From positions 148,875,874 through 148,912,111 of the forward strand of contig NC_068981.1 in the NCBI RefSeq assembly GCF_001194135.2: a stretch of DNA of 36,238 nt. The letters are read 5' to 3'. This document shows, piece by piece, positions 1 to 12,274 of this stretch. This stretch comes from Octopus bimaculoides. Its lineage: Eukaryota. Every line of letters begins with the position of its first letter. Position 1 is the stretch's first letter. Position numbers and translations under genes: made by a program. Under the pieces are notes generated by a model, which did no database searches, had not been told where the DNA came from, and was given only the letters and a program-made list of their open reading frames with translations.

Positions 1-2190
1 ATATAGTAAAGACTCTTGATGTGAAATCATGTGTTAAAAAAGATAGTGCTGTATTTCGGGGCGGTCATTTTTTTTCCAAATAAACACACGCACTATATAT
101 TCGTTCTTCACTCGTTTATTACTGTTCTTATTGTTGTTTTTTTATTGCCACCGCTGCGGCTGCTGTCGTTTTTAGTCGTGTTGTTGATACTGTTGCGGCC
201 GTCTGTGAAGTTACTGTTTGTGTTTCTGGGTGTATATGGGTTCGCTTCCTATGTTGTTTGAATTCGTGCCCTTTATATAGATGTATTTATAGATCTATTT
301 ATTTTTATGTATCTATATTACTTATATTTATCACAGATATTCTTATTTAAGGCGGAGAGGTCACAGATATGTGACGAAAGACTTCCGGACAATTGACATG
401 AGTTAGAATAAGAACAGTAAGAAATGAGTGAAGAACGAATATATAGTGCGTGTGTTTATTTGGCAAAGAGAAAAAAAAACATCTCGAAATTCAACAATAT
501 ATGTGCATAGAATATGAGGGGTTTAGTTCACTGGTGATCTAAACAAATAGGTACGCTGTGTAAGAGCTATAATTGGTCATCCGTTAGGTTCCAAGTTGAC
601 AGGTGAGGCTGGAGCTAGGGATCCGTGGTAGGTTTCCGAGTTAGCATGTATATTTATACTTTTACAAGAAGAGGTGACAATGACTTCGAAATTCGAACTG
701 TCCACGACGGTTAGCAGGCTGAAACGCCAAAGGAATTATCATTTCTCTTCTTGTGAAAGTATACTATGTATGTATGTATGTATGTATGTATGTATGTATG
801 TATTATGCATGTATGCATGCAAGCATGTATGTATGTAAATGTATAAGTGTATGTATATATATGTACATATATACATGTACATGTAAATATGTATATCCAT
901 GTACATATATATATTTATATACACGCATACATAACACACGTACACGAACATACACATATATGCATACATGCATACAAGCATTCTTGATTATATCTAGTAA
1001 ACTCTGATATTGCCACCGATAAAGAAAGGCTATCAGTAGAAATAAGCCATCTATAGACCATTTCAAGCCTTTACCCTAACAAAACTTCATTCTTATCATA
1101 TATTTAAGTAGCTCAAATATTTGCCTCTTCTTTTTAGGAACACAAATACAATTGAACCCCTTTATGTTCATTTTTAGTATGCCCACTTTGAATTCTTCGA
1201 ATTGTCGCATTAGTTTTCTTCTGATCATTTTTAAACTATCAGATAAGTTATTTATTTTATAACAGTTGCGGTTTAACATTCATCCTGTATACACATTTAT
1301 CATCAAGTATCTATGTATGTATCAATTTGACATTAACGCGCGCCCGTGATTTACAACGCTAAAGCAAGCGTAATATCTATAGTCACCAAAAGGTACACAA
1401 ATCTAAAACTTAAACTCCATCTCTTTCATCCAGGATAGGTAACTTAGGAATAGGAAGTCGGTTCTGGCATCCCTCATTGTTTTCCCGAAACAGCTGTAAA
1501 GTTAAGACTTCATTGCAGCATTCTTTTACTCTTTATTTCAGTACGTAATTTTCGAAGTAAGTACATCATTTAGGCCTACTTTTGTTTATTTGCCTTTTCT
1601 TACTCGTATAAATATCGAAAGTATTTTTTAAATCCAATATTTAATTACTTTATCTACTTCAAGTTGCACTGTTCAAAGCGAATTTTTTTCACGTCCCTCA
1701 AAGTTTCTAATTCTCATGATGCAAACAAGACAGGTATAATATGATATATGTGTATAAAAAACCCAGCAAAACTTTTTAAATGCAAAAATGTATAAACTTT
1801 AGAAGTTTAAAGTTAATATAATAATTTTATCTATTAGCGAAGAGAAAGTAAAATCTGCCACGCATCTAGTGTGACTCGAAAGCAGCGTCTGTTATAAATC
1901 ATATGGTTGGGTTAACAACAACAGCAAAAAGACTTCCCAAGTCCCATTGTCCAATTTAGTTGACTCAACCTAGGCTCTAAGAGTACACTTTCCATCAGAT
2001 TTATGTTCAGAAGCTACAAAGCGTGTTAAAATTATAAATGTAGTAACATCCTAACATGTAGTAACATCCTAACCATAAAACTATAAATTCACGTCTTGTT
2101 TCTCACTCACATATGCAAATGCCAACCCATTTATACCAATACTCAAAATACTCATATGTACGTATGCATGTATGTATGTATGTATGTATG

Positions 2191-2221
<31 letters not shown>

Positions 2222-2264
2222 CAATTATTAATGCCACCAACTCATTACATGTGTACCAAAAAGT

Positions 2265-2862
2265 ATTGAGTCAGCATTTATGGTTCATAAACCCCATGAT
2301 TTCTCTGTTAGTGGGACAGCCAAGTCAAAGATTTACATTGAATCCTGTATGAATGGCTAAATAAAAAAATATCTAGAGTTTGGTGCCAAAAATATCATCA
2401 GACTTAGCTTAGAGAATTGAGGTAAAGTACTGCTGCCACCACTTGATATTAAGCTTCGATTAATAAAGCAGCTTTACCTGTTAAAACCCTGTTAAAAGAT
2501 GGAGACTGCTTTATGTATTTGTGCCAACCTCATGTGAAAGGTTTATTTACTACCCCTCCTAATTGAAAACTGATTTCTGATGAGAATTTGATAGTGAGCT
2601 GATCAACCTAGAATAGGAAGCTCAAAATCGAAATTACAAAGAAATTGTGAAAATTTGAAGTTCAAAGAGCTGAATAATTACACAAGCCTGAAAGTTCACT
2701 TTTTCGATTCACATTTGGAATCTTTACCAAAACGTTTTGAAGCTATCAGTAAAGAACAGAGAGAAAGATTCCACTAGAATATCGAGGATTTGGAAAAAAA
2801 AGGTACCAGGAACATTAGGATGTCAATTTGATTGTGGGCTACAGTTAGTTAATTCAAAGGGA
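2265..2862 (+). pseudogene. Decayed DNA transposase remnant, probably Chapaev/CMC-like
   Basis: Manual translation across stops and frameshifts gives MISLLVGQ, GAKNII..KVLLPPLDIKLRLIKQ, KDGDCFMYLC, SLKVHFFDSHL..AISKEQRERFH*NIEDLEKK and YQEH*DVN..GYS*LIQR. These are collinear with the recalled PPLHIKLG / SLKVHFLHSH / GERFHQDI / RYQGRWD transposase motifs. The superfamily assignment is from memory. Confidence 0.7.
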
Positions 2863-3165
2863 CACAATAATGTATGCATGCGTGTATGCATGTGTNNNNN
2901 NNNNNNNNNNNNNNNNNNNNNNNNNNNNNNNNNNNNNNNNNNNNNNNNNNNNNNNNNNNNNNNNNNNNNNNNNNNNNNNNNNNNNNNNNNNNNNNNNNNN
3001 NNNNNNNNNNNNNNNNNNNNNNNNNNNNNNNNNNNNNNNNNNNNNNNNNNNNNNNNNNNNNNNNNNNNNNNNNNNNNNNNNNNNNNNNNNNNNNNNNNNN
3101 NNNNNNNNNNNNNNNNNNNNNNNNNNNNNNNNNNNNNNNNNNNNNNNNNNNNNNNNNNNNNNNNN

Positions 3166-3235
<70 letters not shown>

Positions 3236-3635
3236 CACCTTTACCCATGCATATATGCAGATATACAAATACATATATATTCATGCAAATTCTTCAGAAT
3301 ACGTATGTATTCTCATTTATGAATTTACATGCATAGGCTTATGGAATATGAAACTATGTTCGGACCTTAAAATCTAAAATATATAATTTTAAATCAGAAC
3401 ATATAAATTCAAAACATATTACACGGAATTTGAAGCGCAGTCTTTTGATATTGAAAATATAATGGAAAATAGAGCAGAGAGTGTTATGCCTGGGTCGGTA
3501 TACTGCTGACTTTTTATTTCAAGGTTTTCAGTCGCTACTTAGCACTGTACATGCAAAAAGGTGACCTGCTCTGATTTATAATCACGATCGATCCGGTCTG
3601 GAGAAGTAGCGTCATCATTTCTATGGCATATATAT

Positions 3636-3703
3636 CAATGGTTCCCAACCTGGGGTCCGCAAAAGTGTACTGGGGTTCCGTGAACTAAATTCAAAATTTC
3701 ATT

Positions 3704-3759
<56 letters not shown>

Positions 3760-3897
3760 CTGTTTTCAATTTATGTTTGATATATATATATATATATATC
3801 AAACATATATATATATAGGCATATCAAAAGGGGGCCGTGGGAGAACTCATTTAAATAAAAGGGTTAGGAAGCACTGTGAAAAGGTTGGAAATCACTG
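3636..3897. mobile_element. hAT-type non-autonomous element (MITE) with internal microsatellites
   Basis: Imperfect TIRs CAATGGTTCCCAACCT ... AGGTTGGAAATCACTG, flanked by a near-identical 8-bp TSD (ATATATAT at 3628-3635, GTATATAT at 3898-3905). An 8-bp TSD is typical of hAT elements. Confidence 0.7.
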
Positions 3898-5536
3898 GTA
3901 TATATGTTGGGGTTGAAAGGTTACATGTTTGTTTGTCGCAGTCTTGTAACTCTGTACTAAACCAATAGCTAATGTTCTGCAAGTAATTTAGCAAATATAT
4001 TCATTTGGACTGGCTTGTGTCAGTGTTTAAAGTTTTTGAAAAGAAAAAAAAAAAAAAAGATNNNNNNNNNNGTTTTTATAATTGTTCCTGGTTGCAGTGC
4101 GATTTAGAAAATGGCATTGTATTATGAATAAATAAAAAAAAATTGGTTAAAACTTCAAGTGGATTTATATAACAGGTTGAGCCAGTTTTTAAAACAGTTA
4201 TCAGTGCAATAAGGAAGATCAAGGATACAGCGCATCTGTAAAGACATTATGAACCAGTTACCTGTTTCATACACGATTTCAATTTAGAGAATTTATCAAT
4301 GAGTTTATTAGAATACGGGTTTACTATACCGGTAAACTTATTGTGCTGGTCCTGAAAATACACATCTAGTTGCAATTTAAATAAGGATCAAATTTCATCC
4401 TTTTGCACAACTGCAGATGGCGTGTATCGCCTGAAGACCGTAGTATGAATGAAATTAAAGTAATGACGTTTCTTTAAAGATAATATGAACGAATAGTCTA
4501 TGATGTTTACATACAATCGTCTGTCAGTTAACAAGAATGAAAAACCAAGAATCACAACAGTGTGTAAGGCCTCCCTATTCCCAGCCTTGCCGGATAACAT
4601 TTGCTACCAAGAACAACGCTTTTCCAGTCTTGTTTTCCGATCTCCAGGAATATCCTGGGGGTGCGGATTATTTTGTTGTATCATATTCACCAGACTTCCC
4701 GAACTTACAGCAAATTTTATAGCAGCCAAATATAAAACAGAATATAACTCTGTGTGTGTCTTTATATAATGGCTAAATGTCTGTGATTTTATATGATGTG
4801 TGTGTGTGTTTACATAATGCTTTGATGAAATTATTATGTTGCTTCTGTTTTTACAACTACTGTTTTACGGCTACTTAACACACTAAAGACAAAATTCAAA
4901 TTAACTTTATGAGAATCCATCAAATGCATTTTCACCCTTAAAATACTTCGGTTGAAAAATCAGAAGCAAGTAACAAAAGTATGCTTCGTTAAATGGCTAA
5001 TTTAATCCTCTTTATACACAATCATCGTCCCATGAGAGCTCGTGCAAATACACACGAAGGCATACGTACGCACACGTACACAGTCGCACATACATACACA
5101 GTCGTACACACATACAAAGGGACAGACAGAGAGACAGACAGACACATACACATAAATATAGAAATACGAAGGGAGCATATACAGGGTCGTTCGGCCTATT
5201 AGAAATAGCAACAAAAGATATCCCTCAAACCACACTCTATGGCCTTAGAAAAACATAATGTACAACACTGCCTTATGTGTTTGAACTGCAAACGAGATGG
5301 TTACAAATGGAATATATTAAGTTTTGGGCCGCTCTAATATGGTTGACTTGGGGCCAAAAGCAAAACAAAAAACAAAACAAACAAAAGATGCAGTAATATA
5401 CAAATCCAAGTTAACAAGTAAGCCTCTACGTAGTCACTCGGCTTACTAGAAACAGCAGTCACATCACTCTCGAATCTCACCGATGGAGTCTTAAATAGAG
5501 ATATAGAAATCCCTGATATATAAAAGAATGTTTGTG

Positions 5537-5602
<66 letters not shown>

Positions 5603-5830
5603 NNNNNNNNNNNNNNNNNNNNNNNNNNNNNNNNNNNNNNNNNNNNNNNNNNNNNNNNNNNNNNNNNNNNNNNNNNNNNNNNNNNNNNNNNNNNNNNNNN
5701 NNNNNNNNNNNNNNNNNNNNNNNNNNNNNNNNNNNNNNNNNNNNNNNNNNNNNNNNNNNNNNTGCAAATGACCTCTACCAAACCCTCGGTTATAAAATTC
5801 ATTAGACTGAATTACCAGTCGTGTGTTTGT

Positions 5831-5873
<43 letters not shown>

Positions 5874-5892
5874 TACATCAATGTTCGGTGGT

Positions 5893-6041
5893 CTTCCGCA
5901 TATCTTCTGTCAACTAAATTCACTTAAAATGCATTGGTCGAGCGGAGGCTAGAAGAAACTTGTCCAAAACGCCGCGCGCTGGAATTGAACCCTAAACCAA
6001 GTGATTGCATAGCAAGCTTCATAACCACAAACCCATTTCTG
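5893..6041 (-). mobile_element. tRNA-derived SINE, family A (head and body, diverged)
   Basis: The reverse complement resembles the copy at 18009-18442 (GGTTCA..CCA..GCG.GGC..TTTGGACAAG..TCTTCT..CC). Confidence 0.55.
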
Positions 6042-6397
6042 CATATATAATGTTTAGTGCAGAATTTTACATAAAGTAGTTGAAGATTAACTGAAGGATC
6101 ACTTAGTTCATTTGAGTGTAAGATTTATTTTTGAAGATAAAAGTCTGACAGTGTCTTCGAAGTTTTACCGTAGACTGGTCATCTGACGTTCTAACATTCT
6201 GACATTCTGCCACTTCAGTGCACTCGACTACTACTTTATCATTTATGACTCAGAATGAAGAAAAGGCGAAGTTTAATTCAGAGAGGATTGCAATTCACAA
6301 CACAGAGAATGGAGACAAATACCACCAGAGTTATTTGTTCCTGCTAACTCGATGCGTATATATGCGTGTGTATATCGCGAGAGTGAAACAGAGAGGC

Positions 6398-6596
6398 AAA
6401 TAGATGGATAGATAAGTAGATAGAAAAATAGATAAACTTATAGATAGACAGGCAGACGGATGAATAGATAGATAAATAAATAGAAGGTAGCAAGATAGAT
6501 AGACAAACAGATAGATAGACAGACGGACAGACAGATAGATAGATAGACAGATAGATCGATAGATAGACAAATAGATAGATAAATAGATAGATAGAC

Positions 6597-6631
<35 letters not shown>

Positions 6632-6700
6632 CAAATAGATAGATAAATAGATAGATAGATAGATAGGTAGATAAATAGATAGATAGAGAAACAGATGGAG
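6398..6700. repeat. Complex (GATA)n/(GACA)n tetranucleotide repeat
   Basis: Seen directly in the sequence. Confidence 0.95.
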
Positions 6701-7527
6701 AAAGTGGGAAGAATCAGATTTGACAGATCAATCAGTAGTAATATAGATATATAGATTAGATTATTTTAACCATAAAATACATAAATATACCTGAGTCTGA
6801 TGTTTTGGAGGTAAAAACCCCTAATTATGCCATAAAAGAAAAAATGGGGGAATATAGTTACTTCTTAAACGTAAACATACACGTAATCAGACAATTTATC
6901 ATATATGCATGCGCATGTGTGCTTGGCGCGATAGGAAAGTTCGTAGATCACATAACCTTAACATGCAGGCACCAATTCAGTAATTATAGACAATCTCTTG
7001 CAGCTCTCTTATTATCGCTAATTGCCTTTCTCCTCTTCACACACTTCTCTGCTTCCTCTTCTCCCATCCAATCAGCCATTTTCTTAAATGTGTTTTATAA
7101 TGCATATGCCTCTCTGTGTACACGTGTCTTTATGTAAATGCTATGGTTCGTTCGAGTATTTATAGGTATTTTATAGACTATCATGTACATACAACGCACA
7201 CATGTATGCAATTTCGCACTGATATACACACCCACGCCNNNNNNNNNNNNNNNNNNNNNNNNNNNNNNNNNNNNNNNNNNNNNNNNNNNNNNNNNNNNNN
7301 NNNNNNNNNNNNNNNNNNNNNNNNNNNNNNNNNNNNNNNNNNNNNNNNNNNNNNNNNNNNNNNNNNNNNNNNNNNNNNNNNNNNNNNNNNNNNNNNNNNN
7401 NNNNNNNNNNNNNNNNNNNNNNNNNNNNNNNNNNNNNNNNNNNNNNNNNNNNNNNNNNNNNNNNNNNNNNNNNNNNNNNNNNNNNNNNNNNNNNNNNNNN
7501 NNNNNNNNNNNNNNNNNNNNNNNNNNN

Positions 7528-7561
<34 letters not shown>

Positions 7562-7787
7562 ATCCCCTCTTCTGTCCATATCTATATTATACACACACAC
7601 ACACATATGTGTGTGTGTGTGTGTGTGTGTGTACGCGTGTATAACTGTAGGTATATGTATTAGATATATATAAATATACATATGCATACTTATAAACAGA
7701 CATATATTTATCTGTTTATGATTATCTATCTATCTATATATCTATATATATACATGTATGTATATATGCATATATTTATGCACATAT

Positions 7788-7989
7788 AAATAATCAGAAA
7801 ATCAAGAAAACCTCAGATTAACAAACACATCAATCGGACTACATTTATAGTTTATTTTTAATACAAAGCATGACATAACAAACAGGTCACCTATTTTGTT
7901 ATGTCATGCTTTGTATAAAAAATTAGCTATAAATGTAGTCCGATCGATGTGTTTGCTAATCTGAGGTTTTCTCTATTTTCTGATTATTT
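7788..7989. repeat. About 200-bp palindrome (MITE-like)
   Basis: Arms 7788-7882 and 7895-7989 are reverse complements with about 7 mismatches in 95 bp and a spacer of about 12 nt. Confidence 0.9.
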
Positions 7990-8154
7990 CCATTGGTTCC
8001 TGATAAACCCTTATTTATCTTGTTGTTACCTGCACTCTACGTGTATGGTGTGCCTGCACACCAATGCCCGGGGATAATACGGGTAACGGATACCGATAGT
8101 ATATACGGATATTTTATCCCTTAGTCGGTTATTATAATCGCTAACTCTATTTAC

Positions 8155-8193
<39 letters not shown>

Positions 8194-8268
8194 NNNNNNN
8201 NNNNNNNNNNNNNNNNNNNNNNNNNNNNNNNNNNNNNNNNNNNNNNNNNNNNNNNNNNNNNNNNNNNN

Positions 8269-8358
8269 TAGATACCCTAAATTATAATTTTTATAATAAT
8301 TATATATATATATATATATATATATAATTATTATAAAAATTATAATTTAGGGTATCTA
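8269..8358. repeat. Perfect 90-bp palindrome centred on (TA)n, starting exactly at a gap edge (likely assembly artefact)
   Basis: TAGATACCCTAAATTATAATTTTTATAATAAT-(TA)n-ATTATTATAAAAATTATAATTTAGGGTATCTA, with no mismatches, abutting an N-run. Confidence 0.8.
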
Positions 8359-8699
8359 AGAGATACCACCATGCTTGAAATAGCAGTCAAACCTTGACTC
8401 TAAAACCAAATTAAAGATTCATACAGCACTAGGAGAGAAGACAAAGAGACAAAATAAACTAGCAAAAAATTACTGGATAATTCCAGATCCCGGATTTCTG
8501 GCTCTGCATAAGAAATGCTCTGCCTTCATCGGTGGAATATACTCAGATAGCACATAAATACAAATAGATATATATACAACATATACGAACGTATACATAC
8601 ATACATACATACATATACATGAATTATCCTTTGTTTGCAGTTAACACGGAAAATTCAATAAACAGTTATCAGGGTAGCAAAATTCAGGCAAGTAACAAG

Positions 8700-8762
8700 G
8701 ATGTAGCGACTGAACCCGGAAGCATGTGGTTGAGAAGCAAGCTTCTTATCACACAGCCACGG
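8700..8762 (-). mobile_element. SINE family A, head fragment
   Basis: GACTGAACCCGGAAGCATGTGGTTGAGAAGCAAGCTTCTTATCACACAGCCAC is the reverse complement of the family A tRNA-like head. Confidence 0.65.
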
Positions 8763-8816
8763 GAAACGTTTTGAATATGCACATGAAGGTCTCTATTCCA
8801 TTATGCCGGCCACAGT

Positions 8817-8930
8817 CTATATTTATTCTACAGCTCTATGCAGCTCCCAAAACTGGTTCACCGGTCAGTATAATAATGTTGACCGATGAACCAGTTTTGG
8901 GAGTTGCATCGAGCTGTAAGATAAATATAG
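8817..8930. repeat. 114-nt hairpin (51-bp arms, 12-nt loop)
   Basis: Arm 8817-8867 pairs with arm 8880-8930 with about 5 mismatches. Confidence 0.9.
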
Positions 8931-9166
8931 TAAATAATAATAATCCTTGGATAGAATTTATAAACATGTAATGCATCGCTACGCACGTTTCCACAAATCA
9001 CATGTCTCTTAAGATCACACTCCCTATTCTTGGGATGATTACAGTGTAGTCTGTAGTATCCGTGGGCATCGGATTGTCATCTTCATGGGTCCATTTCTTC
9101 AAGCGATATAACATTAATGGATGTTTACCAGAGGGATGTTTATCCCTTTTGACCATTGTATATATA

Positions 9167-9606
9167 GGCGCTGGCATGTTTGTATGATAAGAAATTTGCT
9201 TTCGATCCTCATGGTCCTGCGTTCAGTCCCACTGCGTGGCATCTTGGGCAGCTGTTCATCTACTATAGCACCATAGTATTGCGATTGAATTTTTGTAGAC
9301 AGAAACTGCAAGAAGCCCGTCGTATGTGTGTCACTGTGTGTTTGTTTGTATATGCATATAGATACACATAGATATGGCTATATGTATATATATAGCTATA
9401 TGTGTGTGTGTATGTGTGTGCGCGTGTGTTTGCCACTTCAGCCATAGTGTTAGTTGTTTACGTCTCTGTAACCTAGTAGTTCAACAAAAAGTTCGATGGA
9501 CTAAGTACCCGACTCCAATGAATACAAACAGGGTTCGATTCGTTTGACTAAACCCCTTCAATTCAGTGCCCCACTATGGCTGCAGTCCAATAACTGAAAC
9601 AAGTAA
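9167..9606 (+). mobile_element. SINE family A, diverged copy with internal microsatellite
   Basis: Shares GTTCAGTCCCACTGCGTGGCA.CTTGGGCA...CTACTATAGC...GAAACTG.AAGAAGCCCGTCGTAT and the 3' ACTGAAACAAGT with 18009-18442. Confidence 0.75.
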
Positions 9607-10600
9607 TGCAAGTGCTACCACGTAACGGACGCTAGCAGACTTAATGGGTCATCAAGAGAGAATGTGCGCCATTTTGAGGCCTTCCTCTCGACGGCATTAA
9701 TACGCTCCCTCACTGTTACAGTCATTTGACTGCGGCCATGCTGAGACATTGCCTTTAAGGGGTTTAGCTAAACGAGCTGCCCCCAGTACTTATCTCTATA
9801 TATTTATATTTATATGTGAGTGTGCGTGTACGTGTGTGTGTGTGTGTGTTTGTGTGTGTGTGTGCGTGTGTGCGTGCGGTTGTGTGTGTCTAGGAACACA
9901 TGCTAAGGAATTCATAGTTCCTAGTCTCACCACGGAACATCAACCTCTACACTACACACACCTTCTTCCGATTAAGCTGACTTACACATACAAAGGCGGT
10001 GCTCCAGCATGGCCGCAATTAAATGACTGAAACAAATAAAAGAGTAAAAAATACTCACAAAAAAGGAAAAAAGGCAAAAACGTAAATTCCATCAAATGAC
10101 ATTGGCACTCTCTCAATCTCAAAGAATCTTTTTCTCACTAACCCGCTATCGTGATGAACAAGTATAAGAAAATTAATGCACCACTGAACTTCATTTTTAC
10201 AACCAAACGTCAATTACTGCCAGAGTCATAAACTACCCAACTAACTCACAAATTAAACTTATCAACATTTACGTTTTCTAATCACTTAAACAGAAATCTT
10301 TACATAAGAAAAAGAACGAGAATAAAAATAAAATCAAACAACGGAAATAGGTAGTTTATATTAGCATACAGTTTGAATGAAGGAAACTAATTTTAAATCT
10401 CCTTCGTTTCGGACAGTTCTAATAGATTGTGATGTGAGTGTCTTCCATCTTGCTGTTCGAGTTTTCCATCTCTCAGGCTACATGTGTTTCATAACTAGCG
10501 GAACCTCGGAAGTAGTGATTATCCAAACTCGGGGTAATCCGCTAGTTACTCATCGGGCCAAAGATGCCTAAATCAAAAGGTAACATTGTCGTCAAGGGAT

Positions 10601-10730
<130 letters not shown>

Positions 10731-10840
10731 AAATAACTGGTCCAAAAACGACTCTTGAGACCACTAGACTAGTTTCGCTATCAGTCGTAGGCACGTCAGC
10801 AGTGACTACTCAATCACAATTAGTGACGATTAAAGTGTGT

Positions 10841-10885
<45 letters not shown>

Positions 10886-11179
10886 TGTGTGTGTGTATAT
10901 TCATCGCTTAGCCATTTCGAGACTAATAACCTGGTTTAGAACTCGATATACGTATGTTTCAGAGCATAGTGTTAAATGAATATAGAGCGGTAAAAAAAAA
11001 ACAAAAACGATAACACAGGAAAAAACAATGGGTGTGTTATGAACTTCATTAGCTTACAACTATTTCTGCTATGGGATGCAGTGGATTCTTAGTTGAATGT
11101 CTGAAGAACATCCTATAACTGTATCGGAACTTCGAATGTGAATTGCAATTTATTTGCGAAAAAATGTGTATATATGTCT

Positions 11180-11216
<37 letters not shown>

Positions 11217-11305
11217 GTATTTATATATGTGCATGAATTGATCTGTGCATGCGTGCTTCGATCTCTATGTCTCCATCTATACTACATTATTATGATAATT
11301 ATTAC

Positions 11306-11385
<80 letters not shown>

Positions 11386-11387
<2 letters not shown>

Positions 11388-11933
11388 CCTCCTCATTGAT
11401 ATGACTGTCCCAATCGATATAAACGTATCTGTCAAGACCTACCAAAAACTGAGCAAATATAAAGATCTTGAAATAGAAATTAGCAAAATGTGGAANNNNN
11501 NNNNNNNNNNNNNNNNNNNNNNNNNNNNNNNNNNNNNNNNNNNNNNNNNNNNNNNNNNNNNNNNNNNNNNNNNNNNNNNNNNNNNNNNNNNNNNNNNNNN
11601 NNNNNNNNNNNNNNNNNNNNNNNNNNNNNNNNNNNNNNNNNNNNNNNNNNNNNNNNNNNNNNNNNNNNNNNNNNNNNNNNNNNNNNNNNNNNNNNNNNNN
11701 NNNNNNNNNNNNNNNNNNNNNNNNNNNNNNNNNNNNNNNNNNNNNNNNNNNNNNNNNNNNNNNNNNNNNNNNNNNNNNNNNNNNNNNNNNNNNNNNNNNN
11801 NNNNNNNNNNNNNNNNNNNNNNNNNNNNNNNNNNNNNNNNNNNNNNNNNNNNNNNNNNNNNNNNNNNNNNNNNNNNNNNNNNNNNNNNNNNNNNNNNNNN
11901 NNNNNNNNNATGCAAAACAAAAGTCAAACATAA
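11386..11933 (+). mobile_element. 5'-truncated R4/Dong-like non-LTR retrotransposon 3' end (restriction-like endonuclease fragment), inside (TAA)n; interior is an N-gap
   Basis: Translates as CLLIDMTVPIDINVSVKTYQKLSKYKDLEIEISKMW, matching the D..P...K..KY.DL motif of restriction-like endonuclease domains. After the gap it ends ATGCAAAACAAAAGTCAAACATAAAA and then (TAA)n. Confidence 0.7.
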
Positions 11934-11993
<60 letters not shown>

Positions 11994-11994
<1 letters not shown>

Positions 11995-12202
11995 TACTGT
12001 CTATGTGATCTCAAATTTTAAAACAAACACATAATTTTCTTATGGTTTCTTAAACATTCTCTAGAACAACACTATGTACAAATCCAAATATATGGTACCC
12101 TAGGCATAACACCTACATGAACTTCTAACTTGTTGTCTCTTGAGGGCTCTGGGTGAGACTTGGATCCAACTTGTACAAATGCAAAGCAAAAGTCAAACAT
12201 AA

Positions 12203-12203
<1 letters not shown>
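11994..12203 (+). mobile_element. Second, shorter R4/Dong-like 3' end inside (TAA)n
   Basis: Begins with ATA CTG TCT ATG TGA (ILSM*, a probable ORF end) and finishes with the same terminus, ATGCAAAGCAAAAGTCAAACATAAAA-(TAA)n. It is flanked by TAA arrays on both sides. Confidence 0.7.
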
Positions 12204-12246
<43 letters not shown>

Positions 12247-12274
12247 TAATAATAATAATAAATTATCATTATTA

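Noticed and set aside
2038-2073. 18-bp tandem duplication ATGTAGTAACATCCTAAC x2 (and a similar 14-bp one at 26416-26451)
   Set aside because: Ordinary slippage duplications with no spacers, so not CRISPR-like.
4500-4769. Overlapping short ORFs in non-repetitive sequence
   Set aside because: No recognisable motif in any frame, so neither an exon nor a TE can be supported.
8990-9152. Short minus-strand ORF of about 50 codons containing KKWTHEDD (Myb-like)
   Set aside because: Only one short motif; the other Myb/SANT tryptophans are absent.
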